DNA of 64,000 nucleotides, taken from assembly GCA_963702005.1 (NCBI GenBank), contig OY969696.1, positions 4,096,001 to 4,160,000 of the forward strand. Reading direction: 5' to 3'. Both the position numbers and the translations under genes were made by a program. A model generated the notes under the pieces. It saw only the letters and a list, made by a program, of their open reading frames with translations, made no database searches and was not told the origin of the DNA. The stretch comes from Candidatus Aminicenantes bacterium (GTDB taxonomy: Bacteria; Acidobacteriota; Aminicenantia; Aminicenantales; JAFGBC01). The first letter of the stretch is position 1, and each line of letters starts with the position of its first letter. Shown in pieces: positions 19,720-30,193 of the stretch.

Positions 19720-20637
19720 ATGGCCAACGCGCTCACGATCGAGAACCTCCACAAATCCTTCAAGCTCGGGTTTATCCCCAAGACGAAAGAGATCCTCAAG
19801 GGGATCAGCCTCTCCGTCGAAGAGGGGACGATCTTCGGCTACCTCGGGCCCAACGGCGCCGGGAAGACGACAACCCTCAAGACCGTCCTGGGCCTCATCT
19901 TCCCCGACCGGGGCGAGATCCGGATCTTCGGCGAGTCCCACCTCGCGTTCAAAGCCCGGGAGCGGATCGGCTTCCTCCCCGAAAACCCCTATTTCTACGA
20001 CTACCTGACGGCGGCCGAGTTCCTCGACTTTTACGGCCGTCTTTTCCGCCTCGGAAAGGAGGTCCGGACCGAGCGGGCCCGGACGCTTCTCAAGCGGGTC
20101 GGCCTGGAGGGGGCCGCCGACCTCCAGCTCCGCAAGTTCTCGCGGGGCATGCTCCAGCGGATCGGCCTGGCCCAGGCCCTCATCAACGACCCGGCCTTCG
20201 TCATCCTCGACGAGCCGCTGGGCGGACTCGACCCGATCGGACGCAAAGAGATCCGCGACCTGATCGTCCAGTTCAAAGCCGAGGGGAAGACCGTCCTCCT
20301 CTCCTCCCACATCCTCCAGGACATCGAAATGATCTGCGACCGGGTCGCCGTCATCGTCGGCGGCCTCATCCTCAACCAAGGGCCGCTCCACGAGCTGGTA
20401 TCCGAAAAAATTCTGTTCACCGAAATCGCCCTGTCCGAGATCGATCCCGGCCCGCTTGCAGGGATGGGCGAGATCGTATCCGTCCACGGGGGACGGGTCC
20501 TGCTCAAGGTCTACGACGAGGCCGAGGTCGAAAGCGTCCTGGCCCTCGTCCAGGCCAAGAAGGGCCGCCTCCATTCCCTCATCCCCAGGACCGAGACCCT
20601 GGAGGACATCTTCGTCGGGATGGTCAAAGGACAATGA
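19720..20637 (+). CDS. ABC exporter ATP-binding protein (PilH-like)
   Basis: GPNGAGKTT, GFLPENPYFYDYLT, FSRGMLQR, DEP, SSH. Confidence 0.9.
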   Translation: MANALTIENLHKSFKLGFIPKTKEILKGISLSVEEGTIFGYLGPNGAGKTTTLKTVLGLIFPDRGEIRIFGESHLAFKARERIGFLPENPYFYDYLTAAEFLDFYGRLFRLGKEVRTERARTLLKRVGLEGAADLQLRKFSRGMLQRIGLAQALINDPAFVILDEPLGGLDPIGRKEIRDLIVQFKAEGKTVLLSSHILQDIEMICDRVAVIVGGLILNQGPLHELVSEKILFTEIALSEIDPGPLAGMGEIVSVHGGRVLLKVYDEAEVESVLALVQAKKGRLHSLIPRTETLEDIFVGMVKGQ

Positions 20638-21398
20638 CGATCCGCGCCATCGCCCTCAACACCTTCAAGGAAGCGGTCCGGGACCGGATCCTCTACCTTC
20701 TCTTCTTCTTTGCGGCGGCCACCCTGGTCTTCTCGCGCGTCCTGGCCCTGCTGACGGTCGGGGACCGCATCAAGATCATCAAGGACGTCGGGCTGGCCTC
20801 GCTGTCTTTGTTCGGGACGCTGATGGCCGTCCTGATCGGGACGGGCCTCGTCTATAAGGAGATCGACAAGAAGACGATTTTCACCCTCCTCTCCAAGCCG
20901 ATCGGCCGCGGCGCCTTCCTGGTCGGGAAGTTCGCCGGGCTCGTCCTGACCTTGTTCGTCATGCTCGGCCTGATGAGCCTGATCTTCCTGGCCGTCCTTT
21001 TCCTCCATACCTTCCGGTTCGAGGCCTCCCTCCTCCTCGCCATCCTTTATATCTTCTTTGAACTCATCCTGATCACGGCCGTCGCCATTCTTTTCTCCTG
21101 CTTCTCGACGCCCATCCTGAGCTCGATATTCACCCTGTCCTTCTATCTGATCGGGCATACCTCCTGGGGACTGAAAGCCCTCATCAAGAAGATCCCGCCC
21201 GGCGCCGGACGAACCCTGGCCCGGGTCCTGTTCATCCTTCTCCCCGACCTCGAAAGCCTCAACTTCAAGACCGAGGTCGTCCACGGCATCGCCATCCCGC
21301 CTGCCGCCCTCGTCAACGGCCTCCTCTACGGGCTGTGCTATACGGCCTTCATCCTGGCCCTGGCGTCGCTCGTCTTCCGCAAGAGAGACTTCATCTGA
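20634..21398 (+). CDS. ABC-2 type exporter permease (PilI-like)
   Basis: IALNTFKEAVRDRILY, KEIDKKTIFTLLSKPI, C-terminal FRKRDF; ATGA overlap. Confidence 0.88.
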   Translation: MTIRAIALNTFKEAVRDRILYLLFFFAAATLVFSRVLALLTVGDRIKIIKDVGLASLSLFGTLMAVLIGTGLVYKEIDKKTIFTLLSKPIGRGAFLVGKFAGLVLTLFVMLGLMSLIFLAVLFLHTFRFEASLLLAILYIFFELILITAVAILFSCFSTPILSSIFTLSFYLIGHTSWGLKALIKKIPPGAGRTLARVLFILLPDLESLNFKTEVVHGIAIPPAALVNGLLYGLCYTAFILALASLVFRKRDFI

Positions 21399-21402
21399 GG
21401 CC

Positions 21403-22242
21403 ATGAAAAAGCCGGTCGCCCTCATCCTCGTCCTGCTCCTTTCCTGCGGGGCGTTCGCCGGCCTCAAGCTCCGCGCGGACCGGATCACCCGGGCCAAGGT
21501 CCCGGGGGCTTCGATCATCTACATCCCTTCCGGAAAATTCCTCAGGTACGCCACACTCGGCTTCGCGAACCTGGCCGCCGACCTCATCTACCTCTGGGCC
21601 ATCCAGTACTTCAGCAACACGGCCGTCCCCGTCCGCTTTCACTACGTCGACCACGTCTTCGGGATCATCGCCGAGCTCGACCCGCGCTACATCGATCCTT
21701 ATGAAGTCGGCGCCCTGATCGCCATCTTCGACGCCCGCGACCCGGAGGCGGCCTTCGCCATCCTCAACCGCGGCCTGGCCAAGAACCCGGACCAATGGCT
21801 TTTTCCCTTCGAGGCCGGCCACCTGGCTTTAATGACGCTCAAAGACTTCAAGGTCGCCCAGGCCTACTTCCAGAAGGTCATGGACATCCCAGGCTCGCCC
21901 GAGATCGCCAAGCGCCTTTACGCCAACGCGGCCTACAAGCAGAGCGATTACAAGACCGCCTGGGAGACCTGGTCCGAAGTCCTTCGGACGACCAAGGACG
22001 AGAGGGTCAAGAAGTTCGCCGATAACCATCTCTACCAGGCCAAGTCGGCCATCGACAGCCAGGCCCTCGAGGAAGCCGCAAAAAAGTTCCGGGAGGCGAC
22101 GGGCCGGTTCCCGGCCGAGCTCGCCGAGCTCGTCCGCGCCGGACTCGTCCGGAAGATCCCCAAGGACTATGACGGCGCGGACTACGTCTATGACCCGAAG
22201 ACGGGCGTGGTCACGGCCCCTAAAAGCCCATGGAAGCGCTGA
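21403..22242 (+). CDS. TPR-like membrane-anchored protein (pilus-accessory type)
   Basis: N-terminal TM; ADLIYLWAIQY, ELDPRY, GLAKNPDQW; C-terminal T2SS-G-like FP..L..LV..G....IPKD. Confidence 0.65.
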   Translation: MKKPVALILVLLLSCGAFAGLKLRADRITRAKVPGASIIYIPSGKFLRYATLGFANLAADLIYLWAIQYFSNTAVPVRFHYVDHVFGIIAELDPRYIDPYEVGALIAIFDARDPEAAFAILNRGLAKNPDQWLFPFEAGHLALMTLKDFKVAQAYFQKVMDIPGSPEIAKRLYANAAYKQSDYKTAWETWSEVLRTTKDERVKKFADNHLYQAKSAIDSQALEEAAKKFREATGRFPAELAELVRAGLVRKIPKDYDGADYVYDPKTGVVTAPKSPWKR

Positions 22243-22994
22243 CCGTCGTCCTGGTCGGCCTTGCTCTGGGGAGCTTTCTCAACGTCGTCATCCACCGCGT
22301 CCCGAAAGGAATGAGCCTCGTCCGGCCGCCCTCGACTTGTCCGAAATGCGGGAAGGGCATCAAACCCTACGACAACATCCCCGTCCTCTCGTTCTTGATC
22401 CTGAGGGGCAAGTGCCGGTTCTGCCGGGCGCCCATCGCCTGGTCCTATCCCCTCGTCGAGCTCGCCACCGGCCTGACTTTTCTCCTGCTCTGGAATCGCT
22501 TCGACCTGACCCCGGACTTCTTCGCCGCCTGCGTCTTCAGCGGCGGCCTGATCGCCCTGAGCGTCATCGATTTCTACCACCAGATCCTGCCCGAGGTCAT
22601 CAGCCTCCCCTTGATCGGGCTCGCCTTCGGCTATGCATTCCTCCGGCCCGGCTTCGGATTCCTCCGGGCGTTGTTGGGCGCGGCCGTGGGCGCCGGCTTC
22701 CTGCTCCTCATCTACGGCGCTTACTACCTCCTCAGGAAAAAAGAGGGATTAGGCTTGGGCGACGTGATCCTGATGGTCCTCATCGGCGCTTTCCTGGGCT
22801 GGAAGCTCGTCATCCTGACGCTGATCTTGGCTTCGTTCGTGGGCGCCCTGGTCGGGATCTTCCTCATATCCTTCCGGAAGAAGGGCCTCCAGCACGCCCT
22901 CCCCTTCGGGACCTTCCTGGGACCGGCCGCCATCATCGCCCTCCTCTGGGGCGACCGGGTCATCGCCGCCTACCTGACCCTCTTCCCAAAATAA
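22230..22994 (+). CDS. pilD: Prepilin peptidase / N-methyltransferase (A24)
   Basis: GSFLNVVIHRVP, STCPKC, GKCRFC, YPLVE, GLGLGD, LPFGTFL. Confidence 0.95.
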   Translation: MEALTVVLVGLALGSFLNVVIHRVPKGMSLVRPPSTCPKCGKGIKPYDNIPVLSFLILRGKCRFCRAPIAWSYPLVELATGLTFLLLWNRFDLTPDFFAACVFSGGLIALSVIDFYHQILPEVISLPLIGLAFGYAFLRPGFGFLRALLGAAVGAGFLLLIYGAYYLLRKKEGLGLGDVILMVLIGAFLGWKLVILTLILASFVGALVGIFLISFRKKGLQHALPFGTFLGPAAIIALLWGDRVIAAYLTLFPK

Positions 22995-23084
22995 TTCTGG
23001 GGACACACGACTTAATTCCTGGGCTAGCCGGATTGGCATTTATATGGAAAAAAGAGGCGAATTAAGTCGTGTGTCCCCAGAATT
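22993..23084. repeat. Perfect 26-bp inverted repeat with 40-bp spacer (REP/MITE-like)
   Basis: AATTCTGGGGACACACGACTTAATTC (22993-23018) / GAATTAAGTCGTGTGTCCCCAGAATT (23059-23084). Confidence 0.9.
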
Positions 23085-23129
23085 GAGGACCGGTTGAATT
23101 TTGGTTCTGTCTAAGATATTCTTTTAAAC

Positions 23130-24959
23130 ATGCCCGGCTTTCCCGACGAGAAGAAGACGGCCCAGATCGTCGCCGCCGTCGTCTTTCTTTTTTTCCTGGG
23201 CTTCTCGCTGTCCGTCAATTTGCCCGTCATCTACGACGGATTCCTGTTCGCCGACCAGGCCGTTTACTACTCGATGGCCCAGAGCATCGCCTTCGATAGA
23301 GATCTCGAGTTCACCAAGAAGGACCTGGCCCGTTACTACCCCGATTTCAACGCGGGTCCCCAGGGGATATTCCTCAAAAAGGGCCGGGACGGCCGGATCT
23401 TCTTCGCCAAGTCGTTCGTCTATTCCTTGTTCGCGGCGCCCTTCGTCCGGCTGTTCGGCTCCAACGGATTCCTCGTCTTCCACTCCATCCTCCTGCTCCT
23501 CCTCCTGCTCATGGGCTTTAAATATTTCTCCCTGTCCGGACCTCCTCTGAGCGCGCTTCTCCTCGTCCTGACGTTCCTGTTCGCCTCGGTCGCCGGCGTC
23601 TATTTCATCTGGATGACGCCCGAGTTCTTCAACCTAACCCTCGTCTTCGCCATCCTGTTCCTCTGGCTCTACAAGATGAGAATCAAGGAGCGCGCGGCGG
23701 ACGGGCCGCCCGCCGCCCTCCCCACCGGCAAGCTGGAGGCCTTCTTGATGTCGGATACGACCGACTACCTGGCGGCCTTCCTGGCCGGTATCGCCGTCTA
23801 TACCAAGCCGCCCAACGCCGCCCTGCTCGGCCCCCTGTTGCTGGTCACCCTCGCCCGCCGGAAAGTCCTCAAGGCCGGCGTCATGGTCCTCTCCTTCCTC
23901 CTCTGCATCGCTCTATTGTTCAGCGCTAAGTCCATCCTGTCTTCGGACTGGTCGGACTGGAATTACCAAGGAGGGGAGCGCAAGGCCTTCTACTACGAAT
24001 TCCCGTTCGGGGACAAGGGACAAACCTTCGATACGGTCGGCTCGGCCATGACTTCGGAAGGCTACTTCGACCGCTTCCTTCTCCCCCCGAAATACATCGC
24101 CCTCAACCTTTTCTATTATTTCTTCGGACGGTTCACGGGCGCCGCTTGGTATTTTTTCCCGTCCCTCCTGTTTCTATTCCTTTTCTTCCGGGGACGCCGC
24201 GACCTCGCCCGCTGGCTCCTCCTGGCCGCCCTGGCCGCCGAGATCCTGTTTTACATCGTCATCATGCCCACCAACTTCGGGGGCGGCGGGGGGTCGCTGG
24301 CCAATCGTTACTTCATGCATATCTACCCGTTGTTCCTGTTCCTGCCCGACTTTAAAATCAAGAAACGGCATATAGTCGTCCCCTGGCTGGTGGCGGCCCT
24401 CTTCATCTCGCAGATTCTGATCAACCCCTTCCGGGGATCGGGCTACCCGGCGACCCACGCTAAGCGGTTCCCGATCAAAGCCCTCCCGCTCGAAATGACC
24501 CTGGTCAACGAGTGGCCGACCAACACCAATCCGTGGGGCTTCCGGATTCCGATCGGAACGCCCCCCAATGACGGATACCTCAACTTCCTCGACGATAATT
24601 TCTTCAAGAGGCTGGAGCCCACCGGCAACTGGACCTACTGGGACCGCGAATGCGAGATGGTCCTCAAGACGGGGCAACCGCTCAAGGAGATCGTCATCCG
24701 CCTTCTCAACAGCCCCCGGCTCGAAAACGAGATCCGGGTCAAGGTCGAAGGCCGGACCCAACGGATCACGCTCGGCTCCAAGCAGTGGGGGACGCTCCGC
24801 TTCCCGGTCGGCGACGGCTTCACGATGAAGACGACCCATCTCTACCACATCAAGATCAAGGCCGCCAAGGGCTCCATCCCCCATTACGAGGACGAGGACA
24901 ACCTCGAGCGCCGCATCCTGGGCGTCTTCTTCGAGATGGAGCTCATCCCGCGGAGCTAG
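23130..24959 (+). CDS. Polytopic membrane protein, probable GT-C fold glycosyltransferase
   Basis: Multiple TM helices; first-loop ADQAVYY..A.S...DRDL; GGGGSLANRYF motif. Confidence 0.6.
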   Translation: MPGFPDEKKTAQIVAAVVFLFFLGFSLSVNLPVIYDGFLFADQAVYYSMAQSIAFDRDLEFTKKDLARYYPDFNAGPQGIFLKKGRDGRIFFAKSFVYSLFAAPFVRLFGSNGFLVFHSILLLLLLLMGFKYFSLSGPPLSALLLVLTFLFASVAGVYFIWMTPEFFNLTLVFAILFLWLYKMRIKERAADGPPAALPTGKLEAFLMSDTTDYLAAFLAGIAVYTKPPNAALLGPLLLVTLARRKVLKAGVMVLSFLLCIALLFSAKSILSSDWSDWNYQGGERKAFYYEFPFGDKGQTFDTVGSAMTSEGYFDRFLLPPKYIALNLFYYFFGRFTGAAWYFFPSLLFLFLFFRGRRDLARWLLLAALAAEILFYIVIMPTNFGGGGGSLANRYFMHIYPLFLFLPDFKIKKRHIVVPWLVAALFISQILINPFRGSGYPATHAKRFPIKALPLEMTLVNEWPTNTNPWGFRIPIGTPPNDGYLNFLDDNFFKRLEPTGNWTYWDRECEMVLKTGQPLKEIVIRLLNSPRLENEIRVKVEGRTQRITLGSKQWGTLRFPVGDGFTMKTTHLYHIKIKAAKGSIPHYEDEDNLERRILGVFFEMELIPRS

Positions 24960-24963
24960 ATCG

Positions 24964-26878
24964 ATGTGCGGCATCTGTGGGATCGTCAAGCCCCGGCGCG
25001 GCGAGCCGGTGTCCGAGGAATTGCTGGCCGCACTGTGCCGGACCATCGTCCACCGCGGCCCCGACGACCAGGGGTTGTTCGTCGAGGGGCAGGTCGGGTT
25101 CGGGACGCGCCGGCTCAGCATCATCGACCTCGTCAGCGGCCACCAGCCCCTTTCGAACGAAGACGGCTCGGTTTGGGTCGCTTACAACGGCGAAATCTAC
25201 AACTTCGCGGACCTTCGCCAGGAACTCATCGGCCGCGGCCACGCCTTTCGGACCAAGAGCGACACCGAGACGATCGCCCACGGCTACGAGGAATGGGGCG
25301 ACGCCTGCGTCGAGCGCTTCCGGGGCATGTTCGTGTTCGCGGTCTGGGACCGGGCCAAGGGGCGGGTCTTGATCGGCCGGGACCGGCTGGGGATCAAGCC
25401 CCTCTATTACACCCTTCTCGAGGACCGGACCCTCGTCTTCGGCTCCGAGCTCAAGGCCGTCATCGCCCACCCCGGCGTCCGGCGCCGGCTTAATCCTGCG
25501 GCCCTCGACCTGTACCTGACCCTTGAGTACATCCCGGCCCCCCATTCGATCTTCGAAGGGATCTTCAAGCTGCCGGCCGGGCACACCCTCGCCTACAAGG
25601 ACGGCGAGGTCGAGGTCCAAAAATACTGGGACATCGAGACGGCGGCGGCCGGGCCGGGAAGCGGCGGCACGGACCGGGGGAAACCGCCCCGCCTCGAGGA
25701 GGCCATGGACCGCCTCTACGATCTTCTCAAGGAATCGGTCAAGCTGCGCCTCATCAGCGACGTCCCGCTCGGCGCCTTCCTGAGCGGCGGGATCGATTCC
25801 TCGACCATCGTCGGATTGATGCGGGAGCTGGGCGCCTCGCCCCTAAAGACCTTCTCGATCGGGTTCAAGGACCAGTCCTACAACGAGCTCGAGTACGCGC
25901 GGGCGATCGCCAAGCGGTTCGAGACCGACCACGAGGAGATCATCCTCGAGCCCAAGGCCCTCGAATTAACCGAAAAACTCATCCGCCACCTCGACGAGCC
26001 GTTCGGCGATTTCTCGATCTTCCCGACCTTTCTTGTCTCCGCCATGGCGCGGGCCAAGGTCACGGTCGCCCTGTCCGGGGACGGCGGGGACGAGGTCTTC
26101 GGCGGCTACGAGCATTACCAGGCCCAGAAGCTCGCCCGGCTGCCGCTGGCCGCGGCCGGGGCGATGCTGGCCGGGCCCTTCGTCAGGAGGCTCCGGCCCG
26201 CGCCCGAGAAAAAGGGAGCCAAGAACAAGCTCCGCAGGTTCGTGGCGGGCTTCGGACACGCTGCGGGAACCGGGCATCTCCGCTGGATGATGTTCCAGTC
26301 GCCGCGGACCAAAGCCCGGCTCTACACGCCGGCCCTGCGGGCCGAGCTGGCCGGAAGCGGGGATATCCGCGGCCGGGAGCCTCTCGCCTCGCTCTTCGGA
26401 CGGCTGGGCGGATTCGACCGGATCAACCGTGAGCTTTACTTGGATCTCAAGACCTATCTCCCCGACGACATCCTGGTCAAGGTCGACCGGATGAGCATGG
26501 CCGTCTCGCTCGAAGCCCGCGTCCCGCTCCTCGACCACAAGGTCGTCGAATACGCCTTCAGCCTGCCCGGAACCTGGAAGGTCCGCGGCCTGACCACGAA
26601 ATGGCTCTTCAAGAAGACGGTCGAAGAGGCTCCTCCCCAAAGAAAACATCTATAAGAAAAAGGAAGGCTTCTCCATCCCCATCAAGCATTGGCTGACGAA
26701 GGAGCTCAAGGAGCTGATGCTGGAAACCCTCTCCGAGGACAGGATCCGGGAGGGCGGGCTGTTCGAGTACCCGGCGGTGCGGCGGATGATCGGCCTCCAT
26801 CTCCAGGGCAAGGAAAACTACAGCCACCAGCTCTGGTCGCTCCTGGTCTTCGAGCTCTGGCGCGGCAAATACCTGTGA
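24964..26878 (+). CDS. asnB: Asparagine synthase (glutamine-hydrolysing)-family amidotransferase; frameshifted near 26624
   Basis: MCGICG, HRGPD, RLSIID, NGEIYN, LSGGIDSS, SGDGGDE, EARVPLLD; the conserved tail (RLLPKENIYKKKEGF...LWSLLVFELW) continues in the +1 frame to TGA 26878. Confidence 0.88.
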
Positions 26879-26905
26879 AAATCAAGATCTGCTTCAGCGC
26901 GGATT

Positions 26906-26980
26906 GGGGTCAAACCTACACTTTGTCACTAAGTGCAAATTGCTTTCTTACACTATTTGCCAAAGTGCAAGTTTGATCCC
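26906..26980. repeat. 75-bp REP/MITE-like palindrome
   Basis: GGGGTCAAACCTACACTTTG ... CAAAGTGCAAGTTTGATCCC (20-bp arms, 3 mismatches). Confidence 0.85.
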
Positions 26981-27173
26981 GTTCCGAGTCAGCGCGTCTC
27001 TCTACATGAGGTACGAATCTGCCTCGGCATCTATTTCAACCGGGCCCAGGCGTCTCTTTGTCTCTCCGAGGAGGCTGCAAGTGTGCGTAAAGCAGCCCAT
27101 GCAGCTTTTAAAGCCCTTGGCCTCGCTTTCCTGTAAAAAACAAGCCGTCCACAATCCCATGAAGATCCTCCCA

Positions 27174-29969
27174 TCATCTAATAAATTTAAACCAATTGAA
27201 ATTATTGTCTTCGTTCCACTCCGTCACGGTGTGAGCTGTATCCACCCACGCATAGATATAATAGGTTACTCCGGGAGTAAAAATCCCAAGAGCGTATGTA
27301 GCCGACAGGACAGGAGAGGATTCTCCCGCAGCCAAGGCAGGGACATCAAGTACTGAATCAATATTCCCTGAAAGGAATAGAATCTTTGAGCTGGCTGCCG
27401 CGGCGGGCCCGTTATTGGTCACTACAGCATCTAACTGGACCAGATCCATAAACATGATCCTCACTCTCTTGTAACTGAACGATGACACCACCAAGTCCGG
27501 AAGCGGCCATACTCTCCAGCCATAGACAGACGCTAAGTTGTTGGTTTCGTCCGACTCCGCAACTTCATTATTGACGTCCGCTTTCGCACTGAGAGAATAT
27601 ATTCCGGCCCACAATTGCCCTACCTCATGCGTCACGGTCGAAGTCTGGCCAGCTGCAAGCACGGGAATGCTATGCATCGTGGTATAACCAGCCGCTAACA
27701 AACTCATGGTTGAGGCGCCAGCGGTTGAGACCCCCACATTCTGGACCACGACGGTAACCGAGTTGTAGTCCGCCATCGTCGGGGTCGCCGGGCTGTGCGT
27801 CAGGCTATGAATGATTAGGTCCGGCGGCCTGACCACCACGAAGGGGTGCGTCATTCCATTGTTCAATTCGTTCGACTCGGCTACTGCGTTGTTGACGTCC
27901 GCCTGCGCCGTTACGGCATAACTCGCAGCCGCCATGGTCCCCATAGTCCGAGCCACGGCCGAGCGAGCGCCCGCCGCAAGGGCGGGAATAACGTGGGTCG
28001 TAGGAGCTGACTCCCAGTCTCCCTTCAGGCTCAGGGTCGAGGCCCCGGCCTGTGCCGTGCCCACATTCTTAACCACGGCGGTCACCGTGATCGTATCCAA
28101 TGTCGTCGGGCTCGCCGGGGAGGATCCCAAGCTGAACACGATCAGATCCGGCGGGGCGGCAACCAGGAAGCTATCCTCCCGGGAGTTGTTCGTTTCGCGC
28201 GACTCCGTGATAACGTTGTCATCGTCAGCCCACGCCGTTGCGACATAGGTCGCGGCCGCCAAAGGCCCCACGGTCCGAGTTACGGCCGCGGTCGCGCCCA
28301 CCGCAAGCGATGGAATATCATGAGTCGTATCAGCTGAGGCGATCCTCAGACGTAGGGTTGAGGCGCCGGCCTGAGCCGCGCCCACATTCTTAACCACGGC
28401 GGTCACCGTGATCGAATTCAAGGTCGTCGGGCTCGTCGGGCTGTGCGTCACGCTGTCCACGATCAGGTCTGGTAGTGCGGCGCTGGTGATTTGGAATGGC
28501 GGGCTGTCCTCATAGACCTTGCCGTCCGTCGAGTTCGAGATTCGAACCATGTAATCCGTTCCGTCCGCCAGGCCGGCCGGGACCATCCATGAATATGCCC
28601 CCGCGCCGGCGCTCGTTTCCGCGACGATCGGTTTGATCAGAGTGGACCCCTTATACAAATCTATTTTCACGTTATCGATAGCCGGGACATCCGTCGAGGA
28701 CGCCACATGGATTTGACCGGCGAGGCCCTCGGGGATCTTCCATTTGATCTTCTCCGTCGTGCCCATGACCCAGACCGAGGAGGCGTTCGGTAAAATTATG
28801 GAGATCGGACTCATATCCGGCTTCTTATGCATGATGTAAATTTCATTGTTGCCCGGGGTCAGATCCTGCCAGACGACGAAGATTTGTGAGCCCCCGACCC
28901 CCAGGAATTGGCCGCGGGAAGTGCTGGAATTATTCGTGAGCCTTTCGATTTCCCGCCAGGCGCCTCCCCCGTTCGTCGACTGCCGATGGTAGATCTCCAT
29001 GTTTCCCGGCGTGTCGTCGTTCCAGACGACATCGAGGCTTGAGTCATTGACGGCCAGGGCCGGAGCCTCGGAGCGGCCTGAATTATTGGTGAGCCTCAAA
29101 CCGGGTTGCCAGGTGGCTCCTTGATCGGCGGATTCCCGGAAATAGATCTCAGGATTCCCCGGCGTGGCGTCGCTCCAGGCGATATAGACCGTTGAGCCCA
29201 TGGCGGCGACGGCCGGAGAATTGGAGGAACCCGAATTCGTGGTGAGTCTCTTGGGAGCTTCCCAGGCGGCGCCTCCGCTCGTCGATTTCCTGAAGTAGAT
29301 CTCGTTGTTTCCGGCCGTGTTCTCTTCCCAGGCGACATAGACGCCCGAGTCGGCGGCGGCGACGGCCGGGTTTTTGGCGTCGGCAGACCCCGTATTCCCG
29401 GAGAGCGTTTTAGCGGCCTGCCAACCGGCTCCTCGGTCGGCGGATTTCGTCAAGGCGACCCCGCAATTTCCTCCCTTGGCGCTCTCGTCATTCTGCCAGG
29501 CCACATAGATATTCGCGCCGACGACGGCGATGGCCGGCTTTCCCGCTTTCGCCGTCTTATTTTCCGTCAGGGCGCGTGCGGCCTTCCAGTGATTTCCTCC
29601 ATCCTGGGACTTCATGAAATAGATCTGGGCGATCCCCGGCGTCGAATCCTCCCAGACGACATAGACGTTCAAGCCGTCGACGGCTATCGCCGGAGACTCG
29701 GAGTCACCGACATTGGTGGTGAGTCTTTGCGCCGCTTGCCAGCCGACTCCCCCATCGGCCGATTTCCGGAAGTAGATTTCGCCATTTCCCGGCGTATCGT
29801 CCGTCCATACGACGTAGACCTCCGAGCCGCTGACCGCGATTTTGGGATTCCCCGAGTCGCCCGAGGTCGTCGTAAGCCTCTTGGTAATCCAGCCCGCTCC
29901 ATAGGCAATCCCCGAGGACAGGAGCAGGACAATCAGGCCCCCCATGAGGATCATTCTCAACGGCTTCAT
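27174..29969 (-). CDS. Secreted surface protein: BNR/Asp-box propeller + Ig-like domain + CARDB repeats (paralogue 1)
   Basis: Signal peptide; repeated YVVW.D.TPGN.EIYFRKS.DGG..W; four PDL(I/V)..S...V.N.G...A.AS...ES.E.NN CARDB-type units. Confidence 0.85.
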   Translation of the reverse strand: MKPLRMILMGGLIVLLLSSGIAYGAGWITKRLTTTSGDSGNPKIAVSGSEVYVVWTDDTPGNGEIYFRKSADGGVGWQAAQRLTTNVGDSESPAIAVDGLNVYVVWEDSTPGIAQIYFMKSQDGGNHWKAARALTENKTAKAGKPAIAVVGANIYVAWQNDESAKGGNCGVALTKSADRGAGWQAAKTLSGNTGSADAKNPAVAAADSGVYVAWEENTAGNNEIYFRKSTSGGAAWEAPKRLTTNSGSSNSPAVAAMGSTVYIAWSDATPGNPEIYFRESADQGATWQPGLRLTNNSGRSEAPALAVNDSSLDVVWNDDTPGNMEIYHRQSTNGGGAWREIERLTNNSSTSRGQFLGVGGSQIFVVWQDLTPGNNEIYIMHKKPDMSPISIILPNASSVWVMGTTEKIKWKIPEGLAGQIHVASSTDVPAIDNVKIDLYKGSTLIKPIVAETSAGAGAYSWMVPAGLADGTDYMVRISNSTDGKVYEDSPPFQITSAALPDLIVDSVTHSPTSPTTLNSITVTAVVKNVGAAQAGASTLRLRIASADTTHDIPSLAVGATAAVTRTVGPLAAATYVATAWADDDNVITESRETNNSREDSFLVAAPPDLIVFSLGSSPASPTTLDTITVTAVVKNVGTAQAGASTLSLKGDWESAPTTHVIPALAAGARSAVARTMGTMAAASYAVTAQADVNNAVAESNELNNGMTHPFVVVRPPDLIIHSLTHSPATPTMADYNSVTVVVQNVGVSTAGASTMSLLAAGYTTMHSIPVLAAGQTSTVTHEVGQLWAGIYSLSAKADVNNEVAESDETNNLASVYGWRVWPLPDLVVSSFSYKRVRIMFMDLVQLDAVVTNNGPAAAASSKILFLSGNIDSVLDVPALAAGESSPVLSATYALGIFTPGVTYYIYAWVDTAHTVTEWNEDNNFNWFKFIR

Positions 29970-30139
29970 CGTCCCCTCCTTATTTGAAGAAAATTGGCGT
30001 GATTCAATTCCTCAGGACCTTTGTTGATCAACACTAAATCACGCCTAGCGGGTCGGTTTGAAACAGAAGTATTTGCTTTTTCCGAGACGTGACGGATTCC
30101 GCCTCTCGGCGCTGAATGGCCCCTCCTCCTTAGGTCTTT

Positions 30140-30193
30140 ATTGTATCGTCATCATCGAGGCGATGTCAATCGCCGCGATGACGGCAATGTCAA
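30140..30193 (-). promoter_or_regulatory. Sigma70 promoter of paralogue 1 with a second upstream TTGACA
   Basis: TTGACA(30169-30164)-18-TACAAT(30145-30140); extra TTGACA at 30193-30188; same arrangement upstream of paralogue 2. Confidence 0.6.

Noticed and set aside
3213-20634. Very long ORFs such as 3213-5714(+), 7806-9488(+), 17149-20634(-) and the N-terminal extensions of 10495-12717 and 11419-12774
   Set aside because: Antisense or off-frame shadows of well-supported genes in high-GC DNA; no motifs or RBS.
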